From positions 23,312,001 through 23,376,000 of the forward strand of contig OZ024747.1 in the NCBI GenBank assembly GCA_964016885.1: a stretch of DNA of 64,000 bases, given 5' to 3'. The stretch's first letter is position 1, and every line of letters starts with the position of its first letter. Both the position numbers and the translations under genes were made by a program. The DNA comes from Eledone cirrhosa. Taxonomy: Eukaryota. The notes below the pieces were generated by a model. The model saw nothing but the letters and a program-made list of their open reading frames with translations. It was not told where the DNA came from and ran no database searches. Of this stretch, positions 37,601 through 48,062 are shown piece after piece.

Positions 37601-38415
37601 TTTAATATAGAGCAACTGTAATTGAAAAATGAAAATGAAACGTACTGTAGAAGGCAACAGTTTATTAACAGCGAAATAACGTTGTCTTTGATATGTTATT
37701 TTAAATAAGACAATGAATATTTAAAAAAAAACTGAATTAATTAACTCGGCAACCAAAGGGCTTATAGATCCCATCCATTAAGTTTACATGCATGTATTCT
37801 TTAAACTTTTCATTTGACTTTGAAAAATACTACTTACTGTTAGTGGTGGTTAACATGTATTAGAATTAAAATAAAAATGATATCGGAAAAAACGTACCTG
37901 AGAACACGCCTCCCTTCTTCGCAATTTAAGGGTTTTATTTCTTTTGATGGAAAACAGTGACCGTTTTCGGTTTGGCATTTCGTAAAATGGTACTGCAGAA
38001 TCAATTTCATAAAACGGTACTGTATGTTAACAGCGAAAGAACGTTGTGTTTGATATGTTATGAAAAAATTGATGAGTTTAAAAATTTGTATGAAATTGTA
38101 AATAAGACAATGAAAGCGATAGTAAATAGACCGTTTTGGGGTCCTAGGGACCACATTTTTCAAGTTAGAGATTTGAAACCTCGTCTATTTGCTTCCTTGG
38201 CACTTTTTACATAGGTGTGTAAATGTTCATGTCCGTCCGACCACGTCAACTACCATTTAACCGTGCACAACTGAATTTCAACCACCACCCATTTCACAAA
38301 TATATATTAGATTAATGATATTATAATTAACGATATTATATATCATATTATTAAAACAAAAAATAATGAAAGTTAAAACAATATGTAGGGGTGACAAAAC
38401 TTTCGGTCCACCCTG
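34683..38415. mobile_element. Tc1/mariner-type MITE hosting the Helitron
   Basis: TA|CAGGGGGTTCGAAAGTCTTGTCACCCC ... GGGGTGACAAAACTTTCGGTCCACCCTG|TA; splits a SINE at its gta|ctttattttatcgac motif. Confidence 0.8.
34794..38311 (-). mobile_element. Helitron, internally deleted (partial Rep + PIF1 helicase pseudogene)
   Basis: 5' a|TCTAATATATA at 38311; 3' GC hairpin gccccgggtgcaaccgggc then TTAG|t at 34794; Rep motif HINVEC..SIKYICKY; helicase motifs DAPGGTGKT, IIWDEATM, GDFRQTLPV, INKAQGQSL and FTHGQLYV; multiple frameshifts. Confidence 0.93.
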
Positions 38416-40973
38416 TACTTTATTTTATCGACTCTGAAAGGATGGAAGGTAAAGTTGACTTCAGTAGGATTTGAACTCAGAATGTAAAGAGTCAGAACAA
38501 ACATTGCAATAGCATTTTATACATCCTCAATAATATTAGCAATAGGTATACCCATCCTTCCTAAATATTTCAATCAAGTCACTGTCATGACAGACATTGA
38601 CTGCATCATACTGTTAACCTCTAAGGAGCAGAAAATAAACATCCCCTTGTCCTTTTGTGAATGTTCGATTAAAATCTCTTGTTCGTTCATGACAAAAATC
38701 GCCGTCTCTTGAAAAAGATTGTGGATGATGTACCAAATGCGATTATGTTAATGTATTCAGTGGTGTTGCTAGAGTGTGTGCCATCCGGGGTAGCCCTTCA
38801 TTTTTATCCCCAAACCTGTAAACTCTCCCCGCCCGACGGGAAGATCTCCCACCCACTTTGAGGTGATCGAGAGATGTTTTCTCTTATGGAAATAGGTATA
38901 GCTTTCATTATTCAAAGTCTCCCCCATTTTGCCTCATTTCTCCCCGTTTGGGAGCACTTTTTTCATGGTACTCCCCGTTTGGATTTTTAGAGGTTGGCAA
39001 GCCTGTATCTATCCTGGCCCCGATAAAAATATTGCACAATGACTCCCTCCTAAGGTTATAAAGCAATACAGCCTATACAGCAGTCATGGATAAAGTGCGG
39101 TCCGCTTGGCTTTCTAAATGGCACGCTTAATTTCAAAATTGCCTTGAATTTTTTAGTAGTGTAACCCGCCTTATGATGATCCACATCCTATGCGGCCCAC
39201 TGCTTGAAAAAGGTTGCTCATGCCTGCAATGAACAAAAGTGCCACCCCGTAAAGTGTCACCTCCCTAGCAACACTACTGAGTATATTAGTTCTGTTTGTT
39301 TCTTGCAGTTTGTAATATGTTAACCATTTATATCGTTGGTTTATTTATTTATTTATTTATTATATCGGCCCCAACCAGTAGTTTTCTCAGACTCTGGAAG
39401 ACCTGCCAACTCCTAAGAACCCAAACGGGTGAGTACCATGAAAAAAGTGCCCCAAAACGGAGAGAAATTAGGCAAAATGGGGAGATTTTACATAATGAAA
39501 GCTTTACTCATTTTCACAAGAGAAGACATCTCTCACCCATCCCAAAGTAGGTGAGAGATCTCCCCATCAGACGCTGAGAGTTCTCATGTCTGTTCTGATT
39601 TTTATATAACCTAAACAATGGTCGTTGTTGTTGATTGAGATCTACTAATGTATTGCATTTTGAACTTAATCAAAGAAAAAGAATGCTGAAGAACTACTGC
39701 CAAAAGATGGGATTGGTAAATATCAAGAGTACCCACAGTTATATCCACCACCACATCATTATCATCCCCAATGCATTACAGTTGTAAATACCAGGAGATA
39801 AACAGCTGCAGGTCATTGCCATTTCTCATGACCTAAAAAGCATCGACAAATATTTACAACCAAGTTTATATAACTAGCATTGTGATACATCAGCTTTATT
39901 TATGTCTATTTATTTGTTCTTTGTTCTACAAATTTCGGGGTCTTCAACCAAAATGCGAAATCATTATCATAATTGGTGGATTGGCAGTATCGGTAGAGGG
40001 TCGGACGCCATGGTTTCCAGCAAAGTGTTACGGCGCTTTATGGTCTGAGTTCAAATCCCGCCGAAGTTAACTTTGCCTTTCATCCTTACGGGGTCGATAA
40101 AGTAAAGCACCAGTAATGTACTGGGATTATTGCTGGCCTTGTGCCAAAAGTAGAAACAATTATTTATATAATTTCCAATCTGTGAAAATTATGCCTAAGT
40201 TGTAAGAAAGTGCCAATTTCCTTCCTGGAGGAAGAGACTACATATGTATAGAAATATAATTGCTTCTACTTTTGGCACAAGGCCAGCAATTAACCCAGTA
40301 CATTACTGGTGCTTTAGGGCGGTGGATTGGCAGTATCGGTAGAGGGTCGGACGCCATGGTTTCCAGCAAAGTGTTACGGCCCTTTATGGTCTGAGTTCAA
40401 ATCCCGCCGAAGTTAACTTTGCCTTTCATCCTTACGGGGTCGATAAAATAAAGCACCAATAACACACTGGGTCAATTTAATCGATATTCCCGTCTCCCAA
40501 ATTACAGGCCTTGTGCCTATACCAGAAATCATTATTGAATTGGGAAGACCAAAGCCATCTAGTATAATGGTTATCGCAGCCGCCTGGCGTACGGAAGGTT
40601 CGTAGTTCGATTTCTGCAGAAGAGTCTCAGTCCAATCTTTTCCGTCTCCAAATGTAACTTACCCGACTTATGCGATTGGGAGAATCGTTAGAGCGCCAGA
40701 AAAAATGTTTTATCACATTTGTTCCGGCTCGTTACATTCTGAGTGCAAATCTCGTCGAGGTCGATTTTTACCCTTCATCATTCCGCGGTCAATAAATTAA
40801 AGTACCAGTCAACTACTGGGGATGTAATAATCGACTTTCCCAACCTACCTCCAAAAGCTCTGCGCTAATATTAGAAAAAAAAATTATTATTATTGTTGTT
40901 TGTGATTAATTGATATCTGTAACGGAGTTTTAGAGAAACACTCGGTTTTACCATGTTTTATTTGATGAAAAAA

Positions 40974-41011
<38 letters not shown>

Positions 41012-42717
41012 CCCGCCGAGGTTAACTTTGCCTTTCATCCTCACGGGGTCGATAAAATAAAGTACCAGTAATGCACTGGGATAATTGCTGACCTTGTACG
41101 AAAAGTAGAAACAATTGCTAACAAGTATCTTTAAGACGGTTGAAGGTCCATTCTATTAAATAGAAATAAAAAATTAAGTTTTATTTTAGTCATTTGATAT
41201 ATTTTCATATTTTTGTCAAACATTGTTTATTAGTAATTCAATATGGTCGACTCTGGTCGAGCAGGAAGCAATGTTAGCTACAAACATGACAGCATCAAAC
41301 ATACGAACATTTTGAATACTTTTTAAAACATGTTGTAAACAAAAACTTATATTAAAAAAAAAACAGGTAAAAAATGATGTCAACTAAACGAAGACAATTG
41401 TGAATGCAGATATTTTAATAAATACGGAAGAAAAAAATGAGAAAAAGTAGCGATATTTTTCATTTTTTTTTAATAAAGTAAGAACCACATAGAGGCTTTC
41501 TGTCCAGAAGTTTTGGAAACGCAGAAGAGAAAAGAAGACAGCGGACAACAACAGAGGCTACAACAAGCACGGTAGGTCCACAAAGCTGCTTTAGCAGGAT
41601 ATAAAATAATGACCATAATATTTGTATCAACAGAGGTCACCAATATAGCAAACATTTAATAGTCACCAGTTTAGCTGTTAAATAATATTATGCCATGTAA
41701 TAATAATATCAACGACAATAATGTATTTTGTTGTAACAGGAAAGGTATGGTTTTGTTAGTAGAATTGAGGTTCGGTTGGAAGTCTCGGGTTCTGTTGCTG
41801 CAGTGATAATAACTCTGGAAAGGATCTTTCCATATCACGAGACTTTACAATGTTTTTACATATTTTATTTACAAACCGATTATAAAGGTTGAGCTGGCAC
41901 GCCAAACAAAGAAATAAACAAATTAAGAGTTTAGTAGGTACGGTCGACTGGCCGAGGTGCTGGCCAAGCCATAGTTATGTTGTTGTCGTTACATATTGGC
42001 TAGTGGTCAACGGCAAAAGAAAAATGGTGTTTACCTTTCCACTGTCGAAGCAACAAAAGAAAGAGTTTTTCGAAAGTAGCGGGAAAATCTCCGTTTGGGC
42101 GGAAGTTGAAAATACATATCCGTGCGCGGCTCACGATTGGCCTGACTTAGCCAAATCACGCACGAATAGCCTATCAATGCGCCAAAGGAAACTAGCTTGC
42201 TACACCGCTGTTTCTGGAGCACCGTTAGACGCAACTCCGAAAGTAGCAAAAGAAATGGTCCCAGCCTCAACAGAAGCAGTGAAACTGACAGACACACAGA
42301 AAAAAAATCACTGCGGCCATACATACTAACCAGTATTTTCTTCCCAAACTAACAAAACACATCTATTTGTATATGCGCTACAATTTATGTACATGTTATG
42401 TTTATCACATATTGAAGTTTTTCTCACCATTTTAGAGTGCAAAAAGCTAAACTACTCACTACAACTAAATTGTCCAAATTTGGTTCCCCCCTCCCCACCA
42501 ATTCAGAAATGCTTCCACCACCCCTACTCCAGGAGCCAATAGTCAGAAGGAGCACCAAGAAACCGAGTGATCTCCGCGCTCTGCACGGAGCCGGCTGGAG
42601 GCCACAAACAATAATGCTATTTCATCACCTTACGACGATGTGGAGGAAAGTGGAGTTAGAGAGGTATGGAAAATTATTGGGGGCTATGGTGCTCAAGATG
42701 AGACAACTGCTTCTTAC

Positions 42718-43110
42718 CCAGAGTACCGGTCGCTCTCCGACAGGTTTGCGGCTGTACCCTTGGTAGTGGAGACTTTTGGTGTCCTTGGCCCTAGGGTTAC
42801 CTCCCTACTTACCACCATAGACGCTGAGCTGGCGAGTCGCAGGTGTGAGCCTCGCGAGATGGAACGGCTCTTCCAACGCATCTCCCTTACAATCCTCCGG
42901 GGAAACGCTTTGTCCATTCTGTCCGCCGGGGCTGTGGGATTGCCAGCACGTGGGACTCCATTTGCTTACTATACAGAGAGATGGGGAGGGCGAGAAAGAT
43001 GAGGGCGATGACGGTGGGAGTTAGGCTCTTCCACGTTCGGACACATGTCAAGAGTGTATTTTCATACTTGTAACTGGGTTATATATATTAGAAGTAAGGT
43101 TTAACTAACA
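42718..43110 (+). mobile_element. CRE-like non-LTR retrotransposon 3' fragment (restriction-like endonuclease C-terminus)
   Basis: PLVVETFGVLG...RE..RLFQRISLTILRGNALSIL; related remnants at ~48700-49215 and 49585-49780. Confidence 0.65.
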
Positions 43111-43136
43111 CACCAATTTATTTTCTCCTCTGCATC

Positions 43137-43420
43137 CACTATATTCTTCAGAAATATAAGAACTTTCTTTAAAGCAATACATAATATATATAATCAACAA
43201 AGATCATTAAATTTTCGTTAATCTAATTTGTTTATCTATTCAATATTATCAATCACAACTTGCTCCATTTTTATAAGGAGTCAAAAGATTTAGTGTTGAT
43301 AAGCGCGTGAAATTACTCATCTGCTTTCTTCCATTACTTTTTCGTATTCGTTCTGAATATATATTTAAAAAGACAACATAACACATTTCATTTCTGAATG
43401 GTCCACTAAGCAGAACCAAA
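43137..43420 (+). promoter_or_regulatory. Putative LPMO2 proximal promoter/5' UTR
   Basis: Near-identical paralogous copy of 25278-25561. Confidence 0.55.
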
Positions 43421-43585
43421 ATGGTGTTGGCTTATTCTAGTTTGGTGTTTTTAGTTGGTTTATTTGTAGGAATTGAAGGTCATGGTCGACTTGTGGATCC
43501 CCCTTCCCGATCTAGTATGTGGAGATTTGGATTCAAGACTCCAGTCAACTATGACGATATTGAACTGTATTGTGGTGGAATGACG
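43421..43585 (+). CDS. LPMO copy 2 exon 1
   Basis: ATG...ATGACG|gtaaat; only 2 nt differ from copy 1. Confidence 0.93.
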
Positions 43586-43812
43586 GTAAATCATTTGCTA
43601 TTTGTGTTTATCTATATATACATACATTATACATATGACCTTGTGGCTAAAGAAGAAATTATCATTAGTAATATCTATTATAATCATAATCATATTACAT
43701 TTTCTTGTTAAATTCTGCTGTCGGAAAATGTTGACGTTGCGATTAAGTAAATGTCAATGCTTTAATCGATAGAACTTCTCACTTCTACCACATACTACAC
43801 TTTAGAGATGTG

Positions 43813-43863
<51 letters not shown>

Positions 43864-44352
43864 TATATCCACAAAACTGATTACCTGTACAGGCAATATT
43901 TATTAAAATTCTGTTGAAGTGTGTATACATTTTTGGGACACCCTGTGTATATATATATTTTTTTATCCCGAGTTCAATCGGGGGTAACCACAGTAAGTAT
44001 GATACTCAATACATAGCAGAGTATAAATATTTAATATAGAAATGGCTTCTACAGGACTAGAACTGTTTCCTGATGATTTCTCCCGAATGAAACAGTTCTA
44101 GTCCTTTAGAAGCCATTTCTATATTATATATATATATACATACATATACATACATATAAATAAATATTGACATACCCTGAAAAAAGACTTTTTTCAGTGT
44201 ATGTCAATATTTATTTATAAAATTAATCTGTATTGTATTTTATCTGATGAAAGCACACCATAATTTGCCTTGGTGGCCCTTGAAATATGTATAATAAAAT
44301 AAATATGGTTTTATAAATATAGTTTCCATTTGTTAATATATTGTATATATAT

Positions 44353-44393
<41 letters not shown>

Positions 44394-44604
44394 AATTAGT
44401 ATATCTACCAACATATATATACACAGATGCATACCTATGCTATCAAATATATAGGTTTGTCTTAGTAACTTTGTGGTTCAATGCATGGGGATGCAGAACA
44501 ATAATATGAAAGACGTAAAATAAGAAAATTACCTCTGCGTCGGTGGCAAATTCAAAAAGAATCAATCACGTGACATCGCGGTCAATCAGTGGAAAGTGGT
44601 TTGT

Positions 44605-44635
<31 letters not shown>

Positions 44636-47600
44636 AGGTGTGTATGTGTGTAAGTAGAAATCTTGCCAAAACAAGGTTGAGTGGACTCTTCAGTTGTGTT
44701 AAGAGCATGGCAACATCTCTAGAGTTGGTAGGAAAGACACCTACCCATATAGGAATTGTGCTGGGGTTATGTTTGAAACACATCTATGTTCAAGTTTTAT
44801 TCGATTGGCAGTATCGGTAGAGGGTCGGACGCCATGCTTTGACGCATAGAGTTACGGCCCTTGCCATTCTGTGTTCAAATCCCGCCGAGGTTAACTTTGC
44901 CTTTCATCCTTACGGGGTCGATAAAATAAAGTACCAGTAATGCACTGGGATAATTGCTGGCCTTGTGCCAAAAGTAGAAACAATTTTTTTTTTTTTTTTT
45001 CATATTTTTATATGAGACCCTTGCAGTTCGCTTTGAAAGTAAAGTTTCTCATTCTACAGTCAACATTTTTCAACTGACTTTTGTCAAGTGACTTTTGTCA
45101 ACTGACCTTTGTCAACTGACCTTTTTATAATAAGAAAATGTGATATGAGTATATTTTACCAGAAAACATTGACAGTAAGATTTATACATCTTACATAGAC
45201 AAGTGTTTATTTTGTTTAAGATGTGTGTATGTTGCTTCTTTAAGATTGTGTTGTATTATGAGCGGTGCTTTAATAATTAATCGTCAATTTTCATGAGTAA
45301 TTCTGTCTTAGGTTGAATAGTAAGTGCTTTTTTAACATTAGGAACATTTTACAAGTCAAAACATCTGTTGCGATTACTGTCTGCCATCGTTTAAGAATGC
45401 ACGTGATTCCATCTCTTTAGAATTCTTCTGGCTTCGACGCAAAGAATTCCGTCAGTCATTGATTGAACTGATCTTCATTGCGAAAGTCTTTGGCTGCATT
45501 GCATTGCTCGTTGAGAGAAAACGGTGATAATTTGTAGGCGTGAGGTCGGGCGAATACGGCGGGTGGAGCAGAACCCCCCCCCCCTATCTTCAGCAGCTTC
45601 CCACAGCTCATCCTTGTTGTATGTGGTCGAGTGTTATCATGAAGGAATCGAACGTGACCATCGTGTGGGCGCACCTGTGCAATTTTCACCGCTAATCTTT
45701 CAAATTGTGAGCAATAGAGGTCAGAGTGCTGGTGTTCTGTGGGAGCAGCTCGTAGGGGATGACGTCTTTCCAGTCCCACCAGACGCCCAATAGATGATTT
45801 ATGGTACAAGCTCGTAGTGTATGACGTCTTTCCAGTCCCACCAGACGCCCAATAGATGATTTATGGTACAAGCTCGTAGTGTATGACGTCTTTCCAGTCC
45901 CACCAGACGCCCAATAGATGATTTATGGTACAAGCTCGTAGTGTATGACGTCTTTCCAGTCCCACCAGACGCCCAATAGATGATTTATGGTACAAGCTCG
46001 TAGTGTATGACGTCTTTCCAGTCCCACCAGACGCCCAATAGATGATTTATGGTACAAGTATTTATCAGTTTGATGTCTCTTTTTGTATTGAATTCTCGAC
46101 AAGTCGAACTTCGTTTTTAATCCCACCATTCATTAAAATAAATGACTGACATATCGATGTTGATCCAATCGATTACATACACTACTTTCCAACATAAATT
46201 GATTTTGTGCCTAATCGAAAGAATCAGCTAACAATTTTTGTGTATGTTCTTTTTTGTTTTATTAGCATCAATGGGAAACTAATCATGGAAAATGTGGAAT
46301 ATGTGGTGACCCTTATGAAGGACCACGACAGAACGAAGCAGGTGGTAAATATGCAACCGGAATAATTAGTCGTTATTATCGTAAAAACCAAGTCATTAAG
46401 GTTGATGTTAATATTGTAAACAACCATTTGGGTTGGTTTGAGTTCCGCTTGTGTCCAAACAACAATGTTAAGAAACCAGCCACACAAGAATGTTTAGATA
46501 AATATCTTCTCCAGCAGGCTGACGGCAGTGGTAGTCGAATTCACATCGGCAGAACAACTGGCCATATTTACACCAAAGTAAGGTTACCGGCCGATCTGAC
46601 CTGTTCTCAATGCGTCTTCCAATGGAAATATCATACAGGTGAGCTTTCTAACATAATTTTATTTCTCGTTCTAGAGTCAAATCTGGCCATTAGTAGCGAG
46701 TTCGTATTCAGCCAGAAGCAGGTGTCCTCCATTAACCCTTTTCTGAATATCAAGATTTTACACGACCTGGCGTTTTATCTTCAGTTAGATAGAACACTGA
46801 TCTACTCCGGCTCACTGTGCTCCGAGTTCATATCCTGCCGAAGTTAACTTTACTTTTCATCCTTTCGAGGTCGATAAATAAAGCACCGATCCAATTCTTG
46901 TGTCGTTTCTATCTCTCTATCTCTTTATCTCTTGCCCTTTCTCTCCTTACCTGAAAGAAATCGGGTGTGCTCAGACATGGAGAGGGACGGGCTCCACCAG
47001 GTTTAAAATGCCCAAGACACGCCGTATGTCAGGACTGTGTCCCTTCGATTCCATCAAGAGTTAAAGGCCCTTAACCTATATGTCACAAGTAGCTGTCATA
47101 GGCACAGATGGCGTCGAACAAATGAAATAAAATACCAGTCAAATACTGGGGTTCGATATAACCGACTTTCTCCTTCCCCCAAATTTCTGATTTTGTGCCT
47201 ACATTAGAAACTATAATAATAATAATTGGTGAATTGGCAGTATCGGTAGAGGGTCAGACGCCATGCTTTCTAGCATAGTTATGTCCCTTTATGATCTGAG
47301 TTCAAATCCCGCCGAGGTTAACTTTGCCTTTCATCCTTACGGGGTCGATAAAATAAAGTACCAGTAATGTACTGGGTAATTGCTGGCCTTGTGCCAAAAA
47401 GTAGAAACAATTATTATTTACATTTAATGAGGGCGGTGGATTGGCAGTATCGGTAGAGGAACGGACGCCATGCTTTGCAGCATAGAGTTACGTCCCTTTA
47501 TGATCCGAGTTCAAATCAAACTGAGGTTATCTTTGCCTTTCATCCTTACGGGGTCGATAAAATAAAGTACCAGTAATACACTGGGGTCAATTTAATCGAC

Positions 47601-48062
47601 TTTCCCCTCCCACCGAGAATTGCTGGCCTTGTGCCTATATAGGCATTATTTACATTTAAAAATTAGCAGTTAATTCTTAGTATTTATCACTACCGACAGT
47701 AAACCCCTGAGTAAAACATACACGTTTTTCTTTTAGGTAACACATGGGGTAAAAGTGACAAATGTGTTGGAATGGGATGTTCAGATGCCCAGGAAGAATT
47801 TTATGGTTGTGCAGATCTAGCCATCTTGGATGACGGTGTACCAATTCCATCTACATTTCCACGAACCCGCAAACCTCATATTCACATTACAACACCCAGA
47901 CATCGGAGAACATCGCCACGACCTTCAAGACATTCCACAAGAGGCCCTCTAAAACACAAGAACTGCCATGCTATTGGTGCTTGGGTCGGTATCTATGACA
48001 ACTGGTGCAAAGACTTCTGTCCGAAGGGTAGCTGCCCATCAAATATGTGTCGTTGTGACTGA
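43421..48062 (+). CDS. Secreted AA15-family lytic polysaccharide monooxygenase, copy 2, ~287 aa
   Basis: Exons 43421-43585, 46266-46638, 47737-48062. Intron positions and phases are the same as copy 1; His brace, QEEFYGCADL and 6-Cys tail are intact; AATAAA at ~48070. Confidence 0.95.
44236..44301 (+). ncRNA. Type I minimal hammerhead ribozyme motif in LPMO2 intron 1
   Basis: Stem I UAUUUUAU/AUAAAAUA; CUGAUGA (44244-50); stem II AAG..CACCA/UGGUG..CUU; GAAAU-AUGU-AUA with AUA cleavage triplet (44291-93). Confidence 0.6.
45340..46058 (-). mobile_element. Mariner transposase remnant in LPMO2 intron 1
   Basis: VWWDWKDVIHYEL, FLHDNTRPH and PPYSPDL motifs; degenerate. Confidence 0.85.
45748..46058. 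repeat. 62-bp tandem repeat (x5) of mariner coding sequence
   Basis: tacaag at 45805, 45867, 45929, 45991 and 46053. Confidence 0.92.
46266..46638 (+). CDS. LPMO copy 2 exon 2
   Basis: ttttattag|CATCAATGG...CATACAG|gtgagc. Confidence 0.93.
47737..48062 (+). CDS. LPMO copy 2 exon 3
   Basis: ttcttttag|GTAACACATGG...TGTGACTGA. Confidence 0.93.

Noticed and set aside
25562-48062. LPMOs as bacterial AA10 horizontal transfer or contamination
   Set aside because: They have spliceosomal introns, host repeats in the introns and the Cys-rich motifs of the native animal AA15 family.
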